A stretch of 64,000 nt of DNA from Paraspadella gotoi (lineage: Eukaryota > Animalia > Chaetognatha): positions 8,068,772 through 8,132,771 of the forward strand of contig CM119265.1 of NCBI GenBank assembly GCA_051294375.1. The letters are read 5' to 3'. Below are positions 51,773-64,000 of the stretch, one piece after another. The first letter of the stretch is position 1; each line of letters starts with the position of its first letter. Position numbers and translations under genes: made by a program. The notes beneath the pieces were generated by a model, which saw nothing but the letters and a program-made list of their open reading frames with translations, was not told the DNA's origin and did not search any database.

Positions 51773-54700
51773 CCTTGCCTTGACCGACTTAGTATTCTCA
51801 CATAAAAGGCCCGGTACCGGCATTTACAGTGTGAGCGATCGACATGCAACCGTAGCACACATCAGCGTGTTCCATGCCGCGGCGTGCGTCAATCTGCACA
51901 GCCAAGAACACGCGCTCTGCGGGATAGCTATGGTCGGTCAAACCTCTCTCTCTCGATCATCCCTCTCTCTCAGCGTTTCTTCTCCTCTCCCTCATCTCCA
52001 CTCTCCCGTCATCGTCATCTCTCTCTCTCTCTCCTCATCTCATCTCTCTCTCCCTCTACTCGTTCGGTCCGTCCTCGTCTGGCTGGGTTGTTGAGTATTG
52101 GGCTTGATAATGAGAATGAGGCTACCCAGACACCAGAAATCGGAGGGATAAGGGGGTCCGATAAAGAGACCACCACAGGGGGGGGCGGGTTGTGGAAGAA
52201 TCCTGGGTGTTACCAGAGTTTAGGGAGAGAGGGAGTAGGTGAGTGTAAGAAAGAATAAGAAAAAGGGGCACTCTTATCCAAAGGCTTCCCATTTCTATTC
52301 CTAATCTTTACTCTTTATCAACTAACCTTAATCTGTAAGAAAATGATTGAATAAATCCCTAATCCTAAACCTAATTCTTAACGCTAATCTCCTCATCTTA
52401 ACATTTAACTAAATATTTAAACTTTAAAACTAATTTGATTATACTTGATTATACCAAGTAAAGATGAGGAGCCAGTGCGCTGTGTCCAAAAAGCTCTACA
52501 GGGTAAGGAAGACTGTTTTGGAGTCGAAGGATAAGACGGCGAGAGGAAGAGTAAGAGATGACGACGGAGCGAACGGCCATTTTAGACGCGAGGCGGTTGG
52601 AAGCGCGAAAACCGGAAACCCGCAAGGCGGCGGGGCGGTCGAGGCGGCGAGCCGAATCCCGTTTCGCCGACGATTAAAATACAAAATGGCCGCCGACGCG
52701 CGAGAGAGGAACTGAAATTCAGAGTCAGATTTTAATAGTGAAAGAGACTGAGAGAGAGAGAGAGTAAGAGAGATGAGAGTTGAGACGAGAGGAGATAGAG
52801 ACGCGAGACTGAGAGAGATGAGGAGAAAGATTAGAGAGCAGCAGGGACATTTGCAAAATGAAAAACAAAATGGAAATAAAATATCGATTAAAAAGTGAAT
52901 TTATGCGGGAGAAAAGAAGGGGAAAAGCAATCCGAGGCAGAGAAAAATAGGACAGGATTTTACTGAGGGGTAGTGAAAAATGACATGACCGACATAAAAT
53001 CAGAGGTAATGTATCATAATCATACCGTGGGCGAGTAAAGAAGAAAATGAGGACGAGAGAGCAGAGAGATATGAATGAAGATGCAATTAATGTGAGAAAA
53101 GATTATCTCATATGCTATATGAGACTGCGAAGATGAATATCGAAGAGCAGAGTTGTTCGAGAGAGAGACGGAGAAGATAGAGATCATTCTCTCCCCCTGT
53201 CATATGCTAGGTCTTACCTCGAAGCCTCGTTGATCGGCCTTCTATATATTGACCTCACTGATATTGTGAAAAGTGAGGAACGCTAAGTCTGTCGTTCATT
53301 CCAGATGAAGTTTTGTTGCTTTGCGAGGCGCTTTGGACGGATTAGGTATCAGTTCCGTAGCGCTCAATCTGAGTGACTATTATTGCGAAATCTGTCCGGA
53401 AATGACCGCAGCCGTTTAACCTTAACAGCAGCTTCCTGCAGTCTGTATAGTACAATATTCTGCTAAAATCCTTGTAGAATTTGTACGTGTCAATGGAAAA
53501 TTGAAAAATACGTGATATACCTGCGATAAGCTTTTCATTTTCGGCTGTCCCTGCACCCAGCCGGCATGTTGACCTGCTTAGCCCACGCAGTCAAAACAGC
53601 GAGAAACCAGCACCGTTTAATGTAAAATCTGTATTGTGGAACCTCCTTCTGCAAGGAGATATTGACCATGGCGCCACAGTCACTTTACTCTGTACCTTAG
53701 TTTTTTTAAACGCTTTGGCACAACTACGGCCTTTTGGATTTTTGTTGACTTCACACTCCTTTGAGTTGCCCGCTTCAGGAGTTTTTTTCATAACCAGAAA
53801 CTCACGAGCGCTTTTCAATAGGCTACAATACTTCACCGCCATCGCCACCAAAATGGAAGCACATGAAGATACAACCACAAAGAAGAGAGCAGAGGAAAAG
53901 AGTAGAGACATATCGGAGGCGCCGGCTATATGGAGTGGGCGGCACGCTGCAGCCCCTGGAGGAAGATTAGCCGACAACATTTGACGTCGGTTTTCGTTGA
54001 TCAAAACGTTAATGGAAGAGGAATTACGCAAGAGCGCCAACCACAAACCGAACTACAATCGCCTGCCTTAAGGAGAGAGAATCGAGAGAGACGACGAGAG
54101 CAGACGCAGAGACAGCGAATGACGAGGAAGATGACAGAGAGAAGATGACTGACGAGAGAGACATGCGAGCATGAAGAGACGACGAGACCAAGGCGGCGCT
54201 TCTTCATTTTCCGCAAATTGAAAAGTTTGCCGCCATTAGTTTCGCCAATTGTGTTTCTCTAATAAAAGTTACAAGCGCCTCTTTCCCCCCCCCCCCCCCC
54301 TGCTGCTCGGCCCTAAACTTTATCATTTTAATTTACTTAAATCTTCAGGTCATCACTGACCCATATATTCCTTTTTCTCATCCTAGACGACTTCCATTTA
54401 ACCACTCCTTTTCTTTTTACTTATACGTTTATTCACACAACTGGAGCACTCTTATTTGACATATATCCGAGAATTAGTATCGGAATGAGACATCATTGAA
54501 ATTGAAGTTATTTACTCGGATCTTTAATCATCCATCAGAAAAGAAGGAGGATCCATATTCGCGCGAGTAACCTCCTGCATAGTTTCATCAGTTCTCGTCA
54601 ACTTTCCTCTCAACATCTAATCAGACTCGACCGGCATCGATCGCTTCCCTGCAATCCGCTAAGTAGGAACGCAACGACGAAGGCGACTGCGCGGACGCAC

Positions 54701-55193
54701 GACGACGTACGTAACGCACGTAACGACGATGTATCCTGCAATAGACCGGTAGACGGCCGGATTGCTTTACAGCCCAAATTCGACTCGCTCTGACGTGGAG
54801 GCGGAATGCGGAGGAAAAGCAGGCAAATGAAAGCGAAGAGAAGATAGACGTGAAAAAGAGGTATGACATAAATCTTCTAGAATTAAAGGAGGACGGGTGT
54901 TAGGACGGAGCGAGGGAGGAGTGAAGAGCGAAAGACGTTCTCAGTAGTAATAAAGGACCTCTGACAGTCGCGTAAGGACGGATAAGAAAAAAGAGTTTAT
55001 TAGTAATGGGGTAACGGGGGACAGAGAGAGAGAGAGATAGAAGGAGAAGAGAGATGAGAAGAGAGAGAGAGAGAGAGAGAGAGGCCCGAGAAAAGAGTCA
55101 GAGACAACGGAAAGACATGAAGACAGAAGAGACAGCCCATGAACCGGAACATGAAACGGCCGCCGGAAGAGCGCCGACCGAGAAAGGAGAGAG

Positions 55194-55224
<31 letters not shown>

Positions 55225-56109
55225 CAGAGAGAGAGGGAGAGAGAGAGAAGAGAGAGGGAGGAGAGAGAGAGAGCGCATTNNNNNNNNNNNNNNNNNNNNN
55301 NNNNTTTTCCTTTTTTTCCTCTGAATTTTCCTTTTTAGAAAACTGTCATAAAAGAGCGCGTCAATTAGGATAAGCATCTATAATGATCTCTCTCTCTCTC
55401 TCTCTCTCNNNNNNNNNNNNNNNNNNNNNNNNNNNNNNNNNNNNNNNNNNNNNNNNNNNNNNNNNNNNNNNNNNNNNNNNNNNNNNNNNNNNNNNNNNNN
55501 NNNNNNNNNNNNNNNNNNNNNNNNNNNNNNNNNNNNNNNNNNNNNTCTCTCTCTCTCTCTCTCTCTCTCTCACGCGCCGAAAAAGTCATTTTCTCTTGTT
55601 TCCCTTCAAATCCAGAAAATCTTCGGGCGTTCAAGGATTTTCTCCGAAGAAGACTGAGAGAGAGACACACACACAGAGACAGAGATAGAGAAAGAGAGAT
55701 GTGGTGGAAAGAAGAGGAACAAGTTAAAAACAGAAAAAAAAACCAAAATTTATGTTATGTTTCAGTGAACGATTCGAATTTCGATCCCGACTTTCGTATT
55801 TCACTTTGTTATATTCACTTCTTGTCAAACTCGAAAAAATAAAGACAATTTTCAGACTGTCGTTGTTCGTCGCATTTTCACGGTGAACCCTTTCACGGTC
55901 CATTTCTTCTCCTCGAGATTCACGACTTCACAGTTCGTAAATGTGAGTCGTGGAAAAAAATTGGAACTCAGAGGCGTTGAGTTGACGAAGGTATCGGCAG
56001 CATTGATGACCTTACCACAACAGGCTGAGCAGTTTCATTGCAGGAATGAGAGCCGAGTGAGTAGCGGCTTTATATCCTCGCCCNNNNNNNNNNNNNNNNN
56101 NNNNNNNNT

Positions 56110-58450
56110 TAACCGTTGTACAACTACTGTTTCAACTGCCGGCTGGTACCGCTCACGTAGATTTAGGCTCAGGTGTCCGTGTTCAAGGCATGCCGATTCT
56201 TGTATGTCGACTGAAGGATGATGAAGGTTAATTTGTGCGGTGCAGTTCTTTAGGCGCCACTTCGTGCACCAATCCTCTAATATCGTATTAGCCTTTTCAT
56301 ACGTATTTCTACCGATTTGCGGAATTATCCGCAAGTGGTCGCTGTGCTGCCTGGTCGTCCGCAACCTGGGCCGGTCTATTCCTTTGTCCCTCGACACACG
56401 TTAGTCGTAGTGTAAATATTGAAGAATGATACAGGAACTGTTATTACCCACCTGAGGGCGTGCCGGATGTTATTTTGAGAGGATTTGGATTTGCAGATGT
56501 GGACCAGAGTTTCAGATTGAGAAACGGCTTTGGTATTTGCGTAATCAAGCAAAAGAGAAGTTGGCTTAGTAATTCCTGTACATAATTTGGCATGAAGCAT
56601 TTCATTGAGAGGAGTTTTGTAAGGGCGAAAGGGCCATTGTCCACCAAGGGTTGGTACGAATGCGCATGTACGAGGTGGAGTCTGTGCACTCACTTCCATA
56701 GAAAACAGGCGCAAGACCGGTTTACGGATGCTTATCACCAAGTGTCATAGGAGCGACCATGGATGCAGAGCAATTTCCTTCTCACAGGAAAGACTTGGTG
56801 AGTAGTATATCTGTTGAGTATCCAGGAATAGGGGTGCTTGAGATAGGCGGCTGACTGCGATTTGTTGTAGGCCATGGGCTTGGAATTTGGTTGTCTCATT
56901 CCTTTTTGTCCAAATCTGGGCTGTTAATCCTGGTTTTGATTAGTACTTTCGAATACTTTGCCTATGCACGATGAGTAAACTAATTGGAAACGACTGATTT
57001 TTTGAATTACTTCAGGTTTTGAATATAATATATAGCACGAGATATAAAACTTAGACTCTTTGTTTCCACACTTTGGGGTAGAGGCCTTTTGCCAAGCAGA
57101 GATGTTGTAAGAATTAGAGGAGCTGCTGGAGGATGGGTAAGATCGGTAGTTGCTATAAGAGAGTAGTAAGGTGAACGGCGGCCGTCTTCTCGCCAGCTGC
57201 CGATTTATTTTTAGCATGCTACGTGAAATAGCTGCATCGAACCTCTTCACGAGAAGTTGGGGCTGTTTCTTGATCTCTTACGCATTTTCCAAAAGGATGT
57301 TGAAGCATCCGCTATTGTATCCCGAACGAGAAGTCGTTGCAATCCATTATCTTCCATTCGTGTCGAAGTTGGATCTAGACTCGGGTTGTAGACCTTTTCC
57401 AATCTCCAGCATGGGTCTCCGCTCTATCCTTGACTGTTACGCTAAGAATGTCCGTCGCTCTTCAACAAGGGCTGGGAAGCGCAATCTGGCGATTGTTTTT
57501 ATATTCAGCTATCTTTAGATAATCTGTAGCATTTCATCTCGGGCCTGCAAAGTATTTGCCATAAGTATCTAACCTTTCTTCCAGTGTTCTGTCTATCTCT
57601 CTGAGGTCTCTTTTTTCAATTCGAGTGAAGATTTTATATATAAAAGTTTGCGTAGAACCGTTCATTGAGGAACCTTCTTTTTCCTCCAAACATGCAATTA
57701 TCTCTTAATCCCAGGAGTAGATTGGACTCTTTCGATAATCTTAATTGATTGCCCTGTTCGCCCGTGTGGCTTTTACGGTTGTTGGAGATTTCGAAGAACT
57801 TGCATTACTGTCTGAAGCGAAATTCTCATGCCATTTGGGTTTACGTATTTCTTTGTGTGCTATCGTTCTTCAGTCAGAGGGTATAGTGATTCTCCTTAAC
57901 TCAACAGTCTCCCCGAATTTCCTTGCCAATCTGTGAACTTTCTTGTTGCCTCTGCTTCTGCCTCTATAAGGCTTAATTATCACTGTAATGTGTGGGGGAC
58001 GGTGGTCGCTTATGTATTTACGGATTTTGTACTCCATTCTTTAAATGATCGTCGGTAACAAAAGGATTTTTCATATGCATAAGCTGAAGTCTAGGCTCCA
58101 CTTCTAAGACATCGCTCGAAAGCTGAAAAAGATTGGCTCACTGTATTTCAGGCATATGAGATGAAAGATGATTGCCAACATCGAGGTCTTCCAGATGTTT
58201 CTACGCTTCGGTGTTCGAGATTAGCTCTCTAAGTATGATAGGTTGGCGTTAATATCGAGATATGATACCTGAAATTTCTGTACCTCATGGAGATACAATA
58301 ATCGAAAAAGTTTGTTTGGGTGCTCTAATGACCTGGATAGAATGTATATTTGGTGGAAACTGTAATTATACGCTAGCGACTAGCTCTGACGAAAAAAGGT
58401 CAGAGGTTTTTTTAATATAATTCTTTCGACCGAGAGGGACGGGCATGTAA
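56110..58450 (-). mobile_element. Degenerate non-LTR retrotransposon (LINE) ORF2: APE endonuclease plus reverse transcriptase
   Basis: Minus-strand motifs in canonical order: LDINAN (GDFNA-like, ~58245), ISDHRP (~58005), RPIS..PIPG (~56840, frameshifted), SGTPQ..FNIY (~56460-56410), QVADD (YADD-like, ~56355), LEDWCTKWRLK (~56270). Many frameshifts and stops. Confidence 0.85.
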
Positions 58451-59517
58451 GAAGTGATGGCGCAAATATTGCTATTTTAAGTTTCCACAAAAAATCCGAG
58501 CCATAAATAAGAAAATTAACACAAAAATCTTCGGAAAATCACGCCCTTCTTTGAAGATTTTTCGCATATTACGAATATTTATTTCCGAATTGAGCTCCTG
58601 GTTGAAAACTCTAGAATTCCGATCAGTTAGCAGTCCTCTTCTGTACTTTTACTTTTAAATAGAAATTATTACCAAAATGGACTATTGCAACTTTAACGAT
58701 GATCGTATCATAATTAAATACCAAATGAAATGTAAAAGAAAGAATTTTAGAGCCCTTAAGACATATTACCATCAGATTCCTGAATTCGAAGTTTATTGTA
58801 AAATGACAAACAAATGGACTCATTAAATGGCGTTGACATTGTATTAGAAGTTGAAATCCTTTATTTTATATTAAAAATATGCGGGTCAAAAATATTTTCC
58901 GCGAGCGGACAAGTTGCATTTGAATCGAATGGTTTTGATGTCAAAATGAATGGTTATTTGATCAAGAGAAAAAAAAAGTGCAAGCCCCTTCAGAGATTAG
59001 CAACAGGATCGGAATCGAGTTATTTTACATTATTATTTACATAATATTTTTCAAACCAGAGGTCGTTGAAAATTATTTGTGGTAGTCAGATCTTTAAGCT
59101 TAAGACAAATCTCCATATGAAAAAGTCTTCCTGATGAACCGATTGTCTAAGAACGACGTAGACTAACTATTATTAGCCTAGAGTTTCGAAGTGACGTGGA
59201 TCTTGCAATTATGTGATTTCTGAGTTCTGAGGTTAATTGCTTTTAAAAAAAATGGTTTCATAATATAAAGGTAGCTTTTGGAATCCAACATCAAAGTATC
59301 GGCGCCTGCCCGAATTTCACGTGTGTTTTTGATACGATGATCTCTCCTCAAATGTATATAGAGTTGCGTAATGGGCATATCTGTCTTTGTCTCCTAGTCT
59401 TAGTGTCATTTACTAGTAGGATCACGTCTGTGCAATAGATGGTCTTGTTATCTCGTCTGTGTATTAGTTACTAATTTTCCAGGTCTTTGTATAATAGAGT
59501 TTGCATTCACCTGCAAA

Positions 59518-59555
<38 letters not shown>

Positions 59556-59903
59556 AGACTTATAATGTGTGTTGACGTCAGTTCCGGATAAAAAAAAAGA
59601 AAGTTTCTTTCTTCCTTTTTTTGTCTCTTTTCTATTTTCTTGTTTTCTTGAATATTTTTTTTTTTCGTCGTAGAATTTATTGTGAATTAATCATGCGTGA
59701 ATTTTTTAGCCTTTTTCATGGAACTCCAAAGTAAAACACTGCTCTTATTAATAATAATATATCGTGTTCACTTTATGAATAATTTTAATTTGTATTAACA
59801 CCAATATATCTCTCTCTTATTTCCCTCACCGACTTTTCATCTTTTATTTTCTCGCATCCACGGAACAATCTCCGCCCTCGCGTCCCATTAGGTAAGCGCG
59901 CTC

Positions 59904-59917
59904 GTTGCCATAGCAAC
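59904..59917. promoter_or_regulatory. RFX X-box motif
   Basis: GTTGCCATAGCAAC, a near-perfect palindromic X-box. Confidence 0.55.
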
Positions 59918-60377
59918 AAACTTTTATTCCTTTCGTCGCATGAAAACATTTTTAGTTATATGAAAACGATTTTTATCGCGGAAACATCGTCTCTCTAATT
60001 GAATTTTATGAGCTGCGATATTTTTATTTCTTCGTCTAACCTGTCCGCGACTCGACGAGCCTTTCCCTCCCGCCAATCACTTCCCATTAAGAGGGGAGGG
60101 GGTGAAGGCGTTGACCCCCCCCCCCGTCGATCTCCGACCCACCGTTTTCCTCCCACTTTCCATTCCCTTCCCCGCGTCGATCCCCGACGATCTCCGACCA
60201 ACCCTCTTTCTCTCCCGACATCTAATCCCCCAATTCTCCGAACCGGTGGGCGGATCCCTGACCCCGTGCCGATCTCTAACCCACCCCCCTTTCACCCCTT
60301 TGCAATTCTGACCAACATTACCTCCCAACCGCACCCCCCTTGCTTTCCCTCCCCTTCTGATCCGAGAGCTCGCCGTC

Positions 60378-60390
60378 GTTGCTAAGCGAC
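60378..60390. promoter_or_regulatory. RFX X-box-like motif
   Basis: GTTGCTAAGCGAC (13-bp variant). Confidence 0.35.
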
Positions 60391-60522
60391 TCGCCGACTG
60401 CAAACTGCCGATAATTTCCAACGTTTCTCTCTATCTTTTCTCCCTTTCCTCTCCTTTTTTTTATTCTTTTTGCCTCGCCTTTTCTTTCTCTCTCTCGATA
60501 GCTCGCCATCCTTCACGAGAGA

Positions 60523-60555
<33 letters not shown>

Positions 60556-62523
60556 NNNNNNNNNNNNNNNNNNNNNNNNNNNNNNNNNNNNNNNNNNNNN
60601 NNNNNNNNNNNNNNNNNNNNNNNNNNNNNNNNNNNNNNNNNNNNNNNNNNNNNNNNNNNNNNNNNNNNNNNNNNNNNNNNNNNNNNNNNNNNNNNNNNNN
60701 NNNNNNNNNNNNNNNNNNNNNNNNNNNNNNNNNNNNNNNNNNNNNNNNNNNNNNNNNNNNNNNNNNNNNNNNNNNNNNNNNNNNNNNNNNNNNNNNNNNN
60801 NNNNNNNNNNNNNNNNNNNNNNNNNNNNNNNNNNNNNNNNNNNNNNNNNNNNNNNNNNNNNNNNNNNNNNNNNNNNNNNNNNNNNNNNNNNNNNNNNNNN
60901 NNNNNNNNNNNNNNNNNNNNNNNNNNNNNNNNNNNNNNNNNNNNNNNNNNNNNNNNNNNNNNNNNNNNNNNNNNNNNNNNNNNNNNNNNNNNNNNNNNNN
61001 NNNNNNNNNNNNNNNNNNNNNNNNNNNNNNNNNNNNNNNNNNNNNNNNNNNNNNNNNNNNNNNNNNNNNNNNNNNNNNNNNNNNNNNNNNNNNNNNNNNN
61101 NNNNNNNNNNNNNNNNNNNNNNNNNNNNNNNNNNNNNNNNNNNNNNNNNNNNNNNNNNNNNNNNNNNNNNNNNNNNNNNNNNNNNNNNNNNNNNNNNNNN
61201 NNNNNNNNNNNNNNNNNNNNNNNNNNNNNNNNNNNNNNNNNNNNNNNNNNNNNNNNNNNNNNNNNNNNNNNNNNNNNNNNNNNNNNNNNNNNNNNNNNNN
61301 NNNNNNNNNNNNNNNNNNNNNNNNNNNNNNNNNNNNNNNNNNNNNNNNNNNNNNNNNNNNNNNNNNNNNNNNNNNNAGTGTCACAAAGTCACAGTGTAAA
61401 AGAGTCACAGAGCCACGGAAATTCAAGGGTACGAAAAGAAACGAAAGGAAGTATGAGTTTTTTAGTNNNNNNNNNNNNNNNNNNNNNNNNNNNNNNNNNN
61501 NNNNNNNNNNNNNNNNNNNNNNNNNNNNNNNNNNNNNNNNNNNNNNNNNNNNNNNNNNNNNNNNNNNNNNNNNNNNNNNNNNNNNNNNNNNNNNNNNNNN
61601 NNNNNNNNNNNNNNNNNNNNNNNNNNNNNNNNNNNNNNNNNNNNNNNNNNNNNNNNNNNNNNNNNNNNNNNNNNNNNNNNNNNNNNNNNNNNNNNNNNNN
61701 NNNNNNNNNNNNNNNNNNNNNNNNNNNNNNNNNCGCTCACCCGGGTTAACCCACTTCCGGGGCAGAGAGAGAAAGAGAGAGTCTACTGGAGGCAGAAATG
61801 GAAAAACCGGATGTAATAGGAACGCGCACAGAAGGGGAGAGACGGGGAGAGCAAAGATTTGGAGAAAGAGAGAGAGAGATGATTTTGAGAGCGAGACGAG
61901 GAAGAGAAGAAACGATTGGAGAAGCGAGAAGGAAATGCGGGGGATCGCCCGCGCATTTCGTGCCGGTCGGAAAGAGAGAGAGAGAGANNNNNNNNNNNNN
62001 NNNNNNNNNNNNNNNNNNNNNNNNNNNNNNNNNNNNNNNNNNNNNNNNNNNNNNNNNNNNNNNNNNNNNNNNNNNNNNNNNNNNNNNNNNNNNNNNNNNN
62101 NNNNNNNNNNNNNNNNNNNNNNNNNNNNNNNNNNNNNNNNNNNNNNNNNNNNGAAAGACAAAATCGGAAAGAATAAATTCATAAACGAAGTCGCAAACTC
62201 CTTGGGTGAATGGTGAATGGTTCGTGACCCTTAAACGATGTTTCAGTTCAAGTGACGATTTCACGCATCGGTTTTGTTGTGTAAAGATGTAACGTGACAT
62301 GAAACTGAAATTCCCGATGGATTGAGGAATCCGTAGAAAGAACGTTTCAAACAACAGCAAAGAGCGCCTTTGATTTCTTCCTTAATAGGATTTCAATTTG
62401 TAATGACTCTCCTTTGAAAGTGGCTTCAGGATTTCCCCCCATCCTTTAAAATAGTGACAAGCGCCCGTAAGAAAGAATGCTAAAGGGAGAAGGAGAGAGT
62501 GAAAGGTTTGTACGCGCTTTTTC

Positions 62524-62537
62524 GTTTCCATGGCGAC
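62524..62537. promoter_or_regulatory. RFX X-box motif
   Basis: GTTTCCATGGCGAC matches the GTTNCC-AT-RGNRAC consensus. Confidence 0.45.
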
Positions 62538-63423
62538 TGAAATGATTTCCCGCTGCTTCCAGAATATCCTCCTGTTTGTTTTTTAGAGTCTCACTTTAGA
62601 ATTTTCTTTAAAACATGAGCTAGAGANNNNNNNNNNNNNNNNNNNNNNNNNGCAGAGAGAGAGGGAGAGAAAGAAGAGAACAGAAGAGACAGAGAGGAAG
62701 AGGAGAGAGAAGAAGAGGGAGGAAGCGAGAGACTGAGAGGAACAGAAGAGAGAGAGAGAGAGAGAGACGAGGAGAAAGAAGAGAAGAGAGACACGAATAA
62801 GTATCGTAAGGAGACGCGAGGCATCCAAAGGCGAGAGATAGTTGTCGACTGTACCGAGAGATATGAAGAGAAGATGAATGCACGCAGCACGAGGAAGGGA
62901 CGTAGGAGATGTGGGATAAAATTGAAAAGTAAAGAGGAGAAGTTAAAGAATCGTCTATTTGCAAGAGAAAATTTTTGACCCTCGCAGAAAGATCAGACAC
63001 GCAGGATAAGGCGTTCAATCTTGTGGAGGTGCAAGAGAGGGGAGGAGGGAGAAAAAGGACGAAAAAATAAAAGCATATAAATGAGAAGGACGAAAGAGTG
63101 AAAGAAAGAGGAAATCAAAGAAAAACTTAAGTAGCAAGCGGGAGAACCAAACAAAGGAGGACAACTGGAAGGTTCGTCGAAGACGACTTCGAAGCTTGGA
63201 CGAGGAAATAAGAAAAGAAAGGTGTGACGTTCGAATGCTTTTGCCTCATTTTTTTGATTAGAATCGATTATTAATTCCTGACGAAAAACAATACGGGGCA
63301 AGCCCGGGCGATAAAAATTGTTACGATTTACTTAGAGGAGTAGAGGAGAAGAGAGAGAGGCTAACAGACTTAGCTTTTTTTACGAGTTCCTTTTCACCTT
63401 CTTCCACAAAGCGAATAGGGACC

Positions 63424-63456
<33 letters not shown>

Positions 63457-63474
63457 CTCTCTCTCTCTCTCTCA

Positions 63475-63506
<32 letters not shown>

Positions 63507-63537
63507 CTCCCTCCGGCGTCCACTCCCTTCACCCCAC

Positions 63538-63974
63538 CTCTCATCAAGTATTCTTGCCGAATCTTTGGCACCTTGAGCTCCCGGCTCATATCATGAAGTT
63601 GCATGACAAACAGTTTTTAACACTGGCGGAAGCCTCATTTTCCTCGCCCGCTTCCACCTCTCGACTCCCCACCCCATTTCCACGTGTAATTCACTCCTGA
63701 CACCACAGCCCCTCCACCTTCCCCCCAAATCCTTTTTCATGTCTTACGTCTTCTCTCGCGTTTTTTTTTTTCGTCGAAAATCGATTGCATTCCTTTGAGA
63801 CGAAACCATTTTAGAGGTGGTGTTCCTCATAAAAAAAAACGGGGGCGAGTTTCCAGTCGCGGGCCGCTGGGTGCACGTATCCATGTCAGACAATGCTGTC
63901 AGGATGAATGCTTGCGTGATGTCGTGTCTATCTTTAGCGGAGGGCTTCATTGCCGTTGCAATATTGAGGAGATA
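63538..63974 (-). CDS. Two putative exons of a minus-strand gene (63748-63974 and ~63538-63620)
   Basis: TTTTAG acceptor before 63974, GTAAGA donor after 63748. Frames YLLNIATAMKPSAKDRHDITQAFILTALSDMD... and MQLHDMSRELKVPKIRQEYLMR|GT. Confidence 0.35.
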
Positions 63975-64000
63975 CTAAAATTGGCGAGCATCGACAGAGG

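Noticed and set aside
60461-62182. Long ORFs such as 573 aa (60461-62182) and 316 aa (20066-21016)
   Set aside because: Mostly N-gap read-through.
62190-62340. Minus-strand frame HREFQFHVTLHLYTTKP, faintly like a dynein heavy chain motif
   Set aside because: Too short and interrupted by a stop; similarity not supportable by eye.

Overview
Draft eukaryotic (probably animal) scaffold: AT-rich, very dense in (CT)n/(GA)n microsatellites, with many N-gaps. Eight gaps are 25 N long and are bordered by indel-rich sequence, consistent with long-read gap filling. Several kb-scale direct and inverted duplications (2.5-16.6 kb, 41.9-47.2 kb) look like assembly artefacts. Most ORFs in the track are microsatellite or N read-through. 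Real features: scattered GC-rich exon-like segments (none assignable to a named gene), a degenerate APE+RT LINE (about 56.1-58.45 kb, minus strand), clustered RFX X-boxes, and a 1.8-kb compositionally foreign block that may be a sequencing spike-in. The main finding is a complete 654-bp non-autonomous LTR element (47625-48278, minus strand; TG...CA LTRs, PBS, PPT, 4-bp GTTG target-site duplication). Each LTR carries a candidate circularly permuted (type-P5) twister ribozyme with compensatory changes in both pseudoknots. This is an LTR-retrozyme architecture built on a twister rather than a hammerhead, predicted to release a 421-nt RNA that could circularise.
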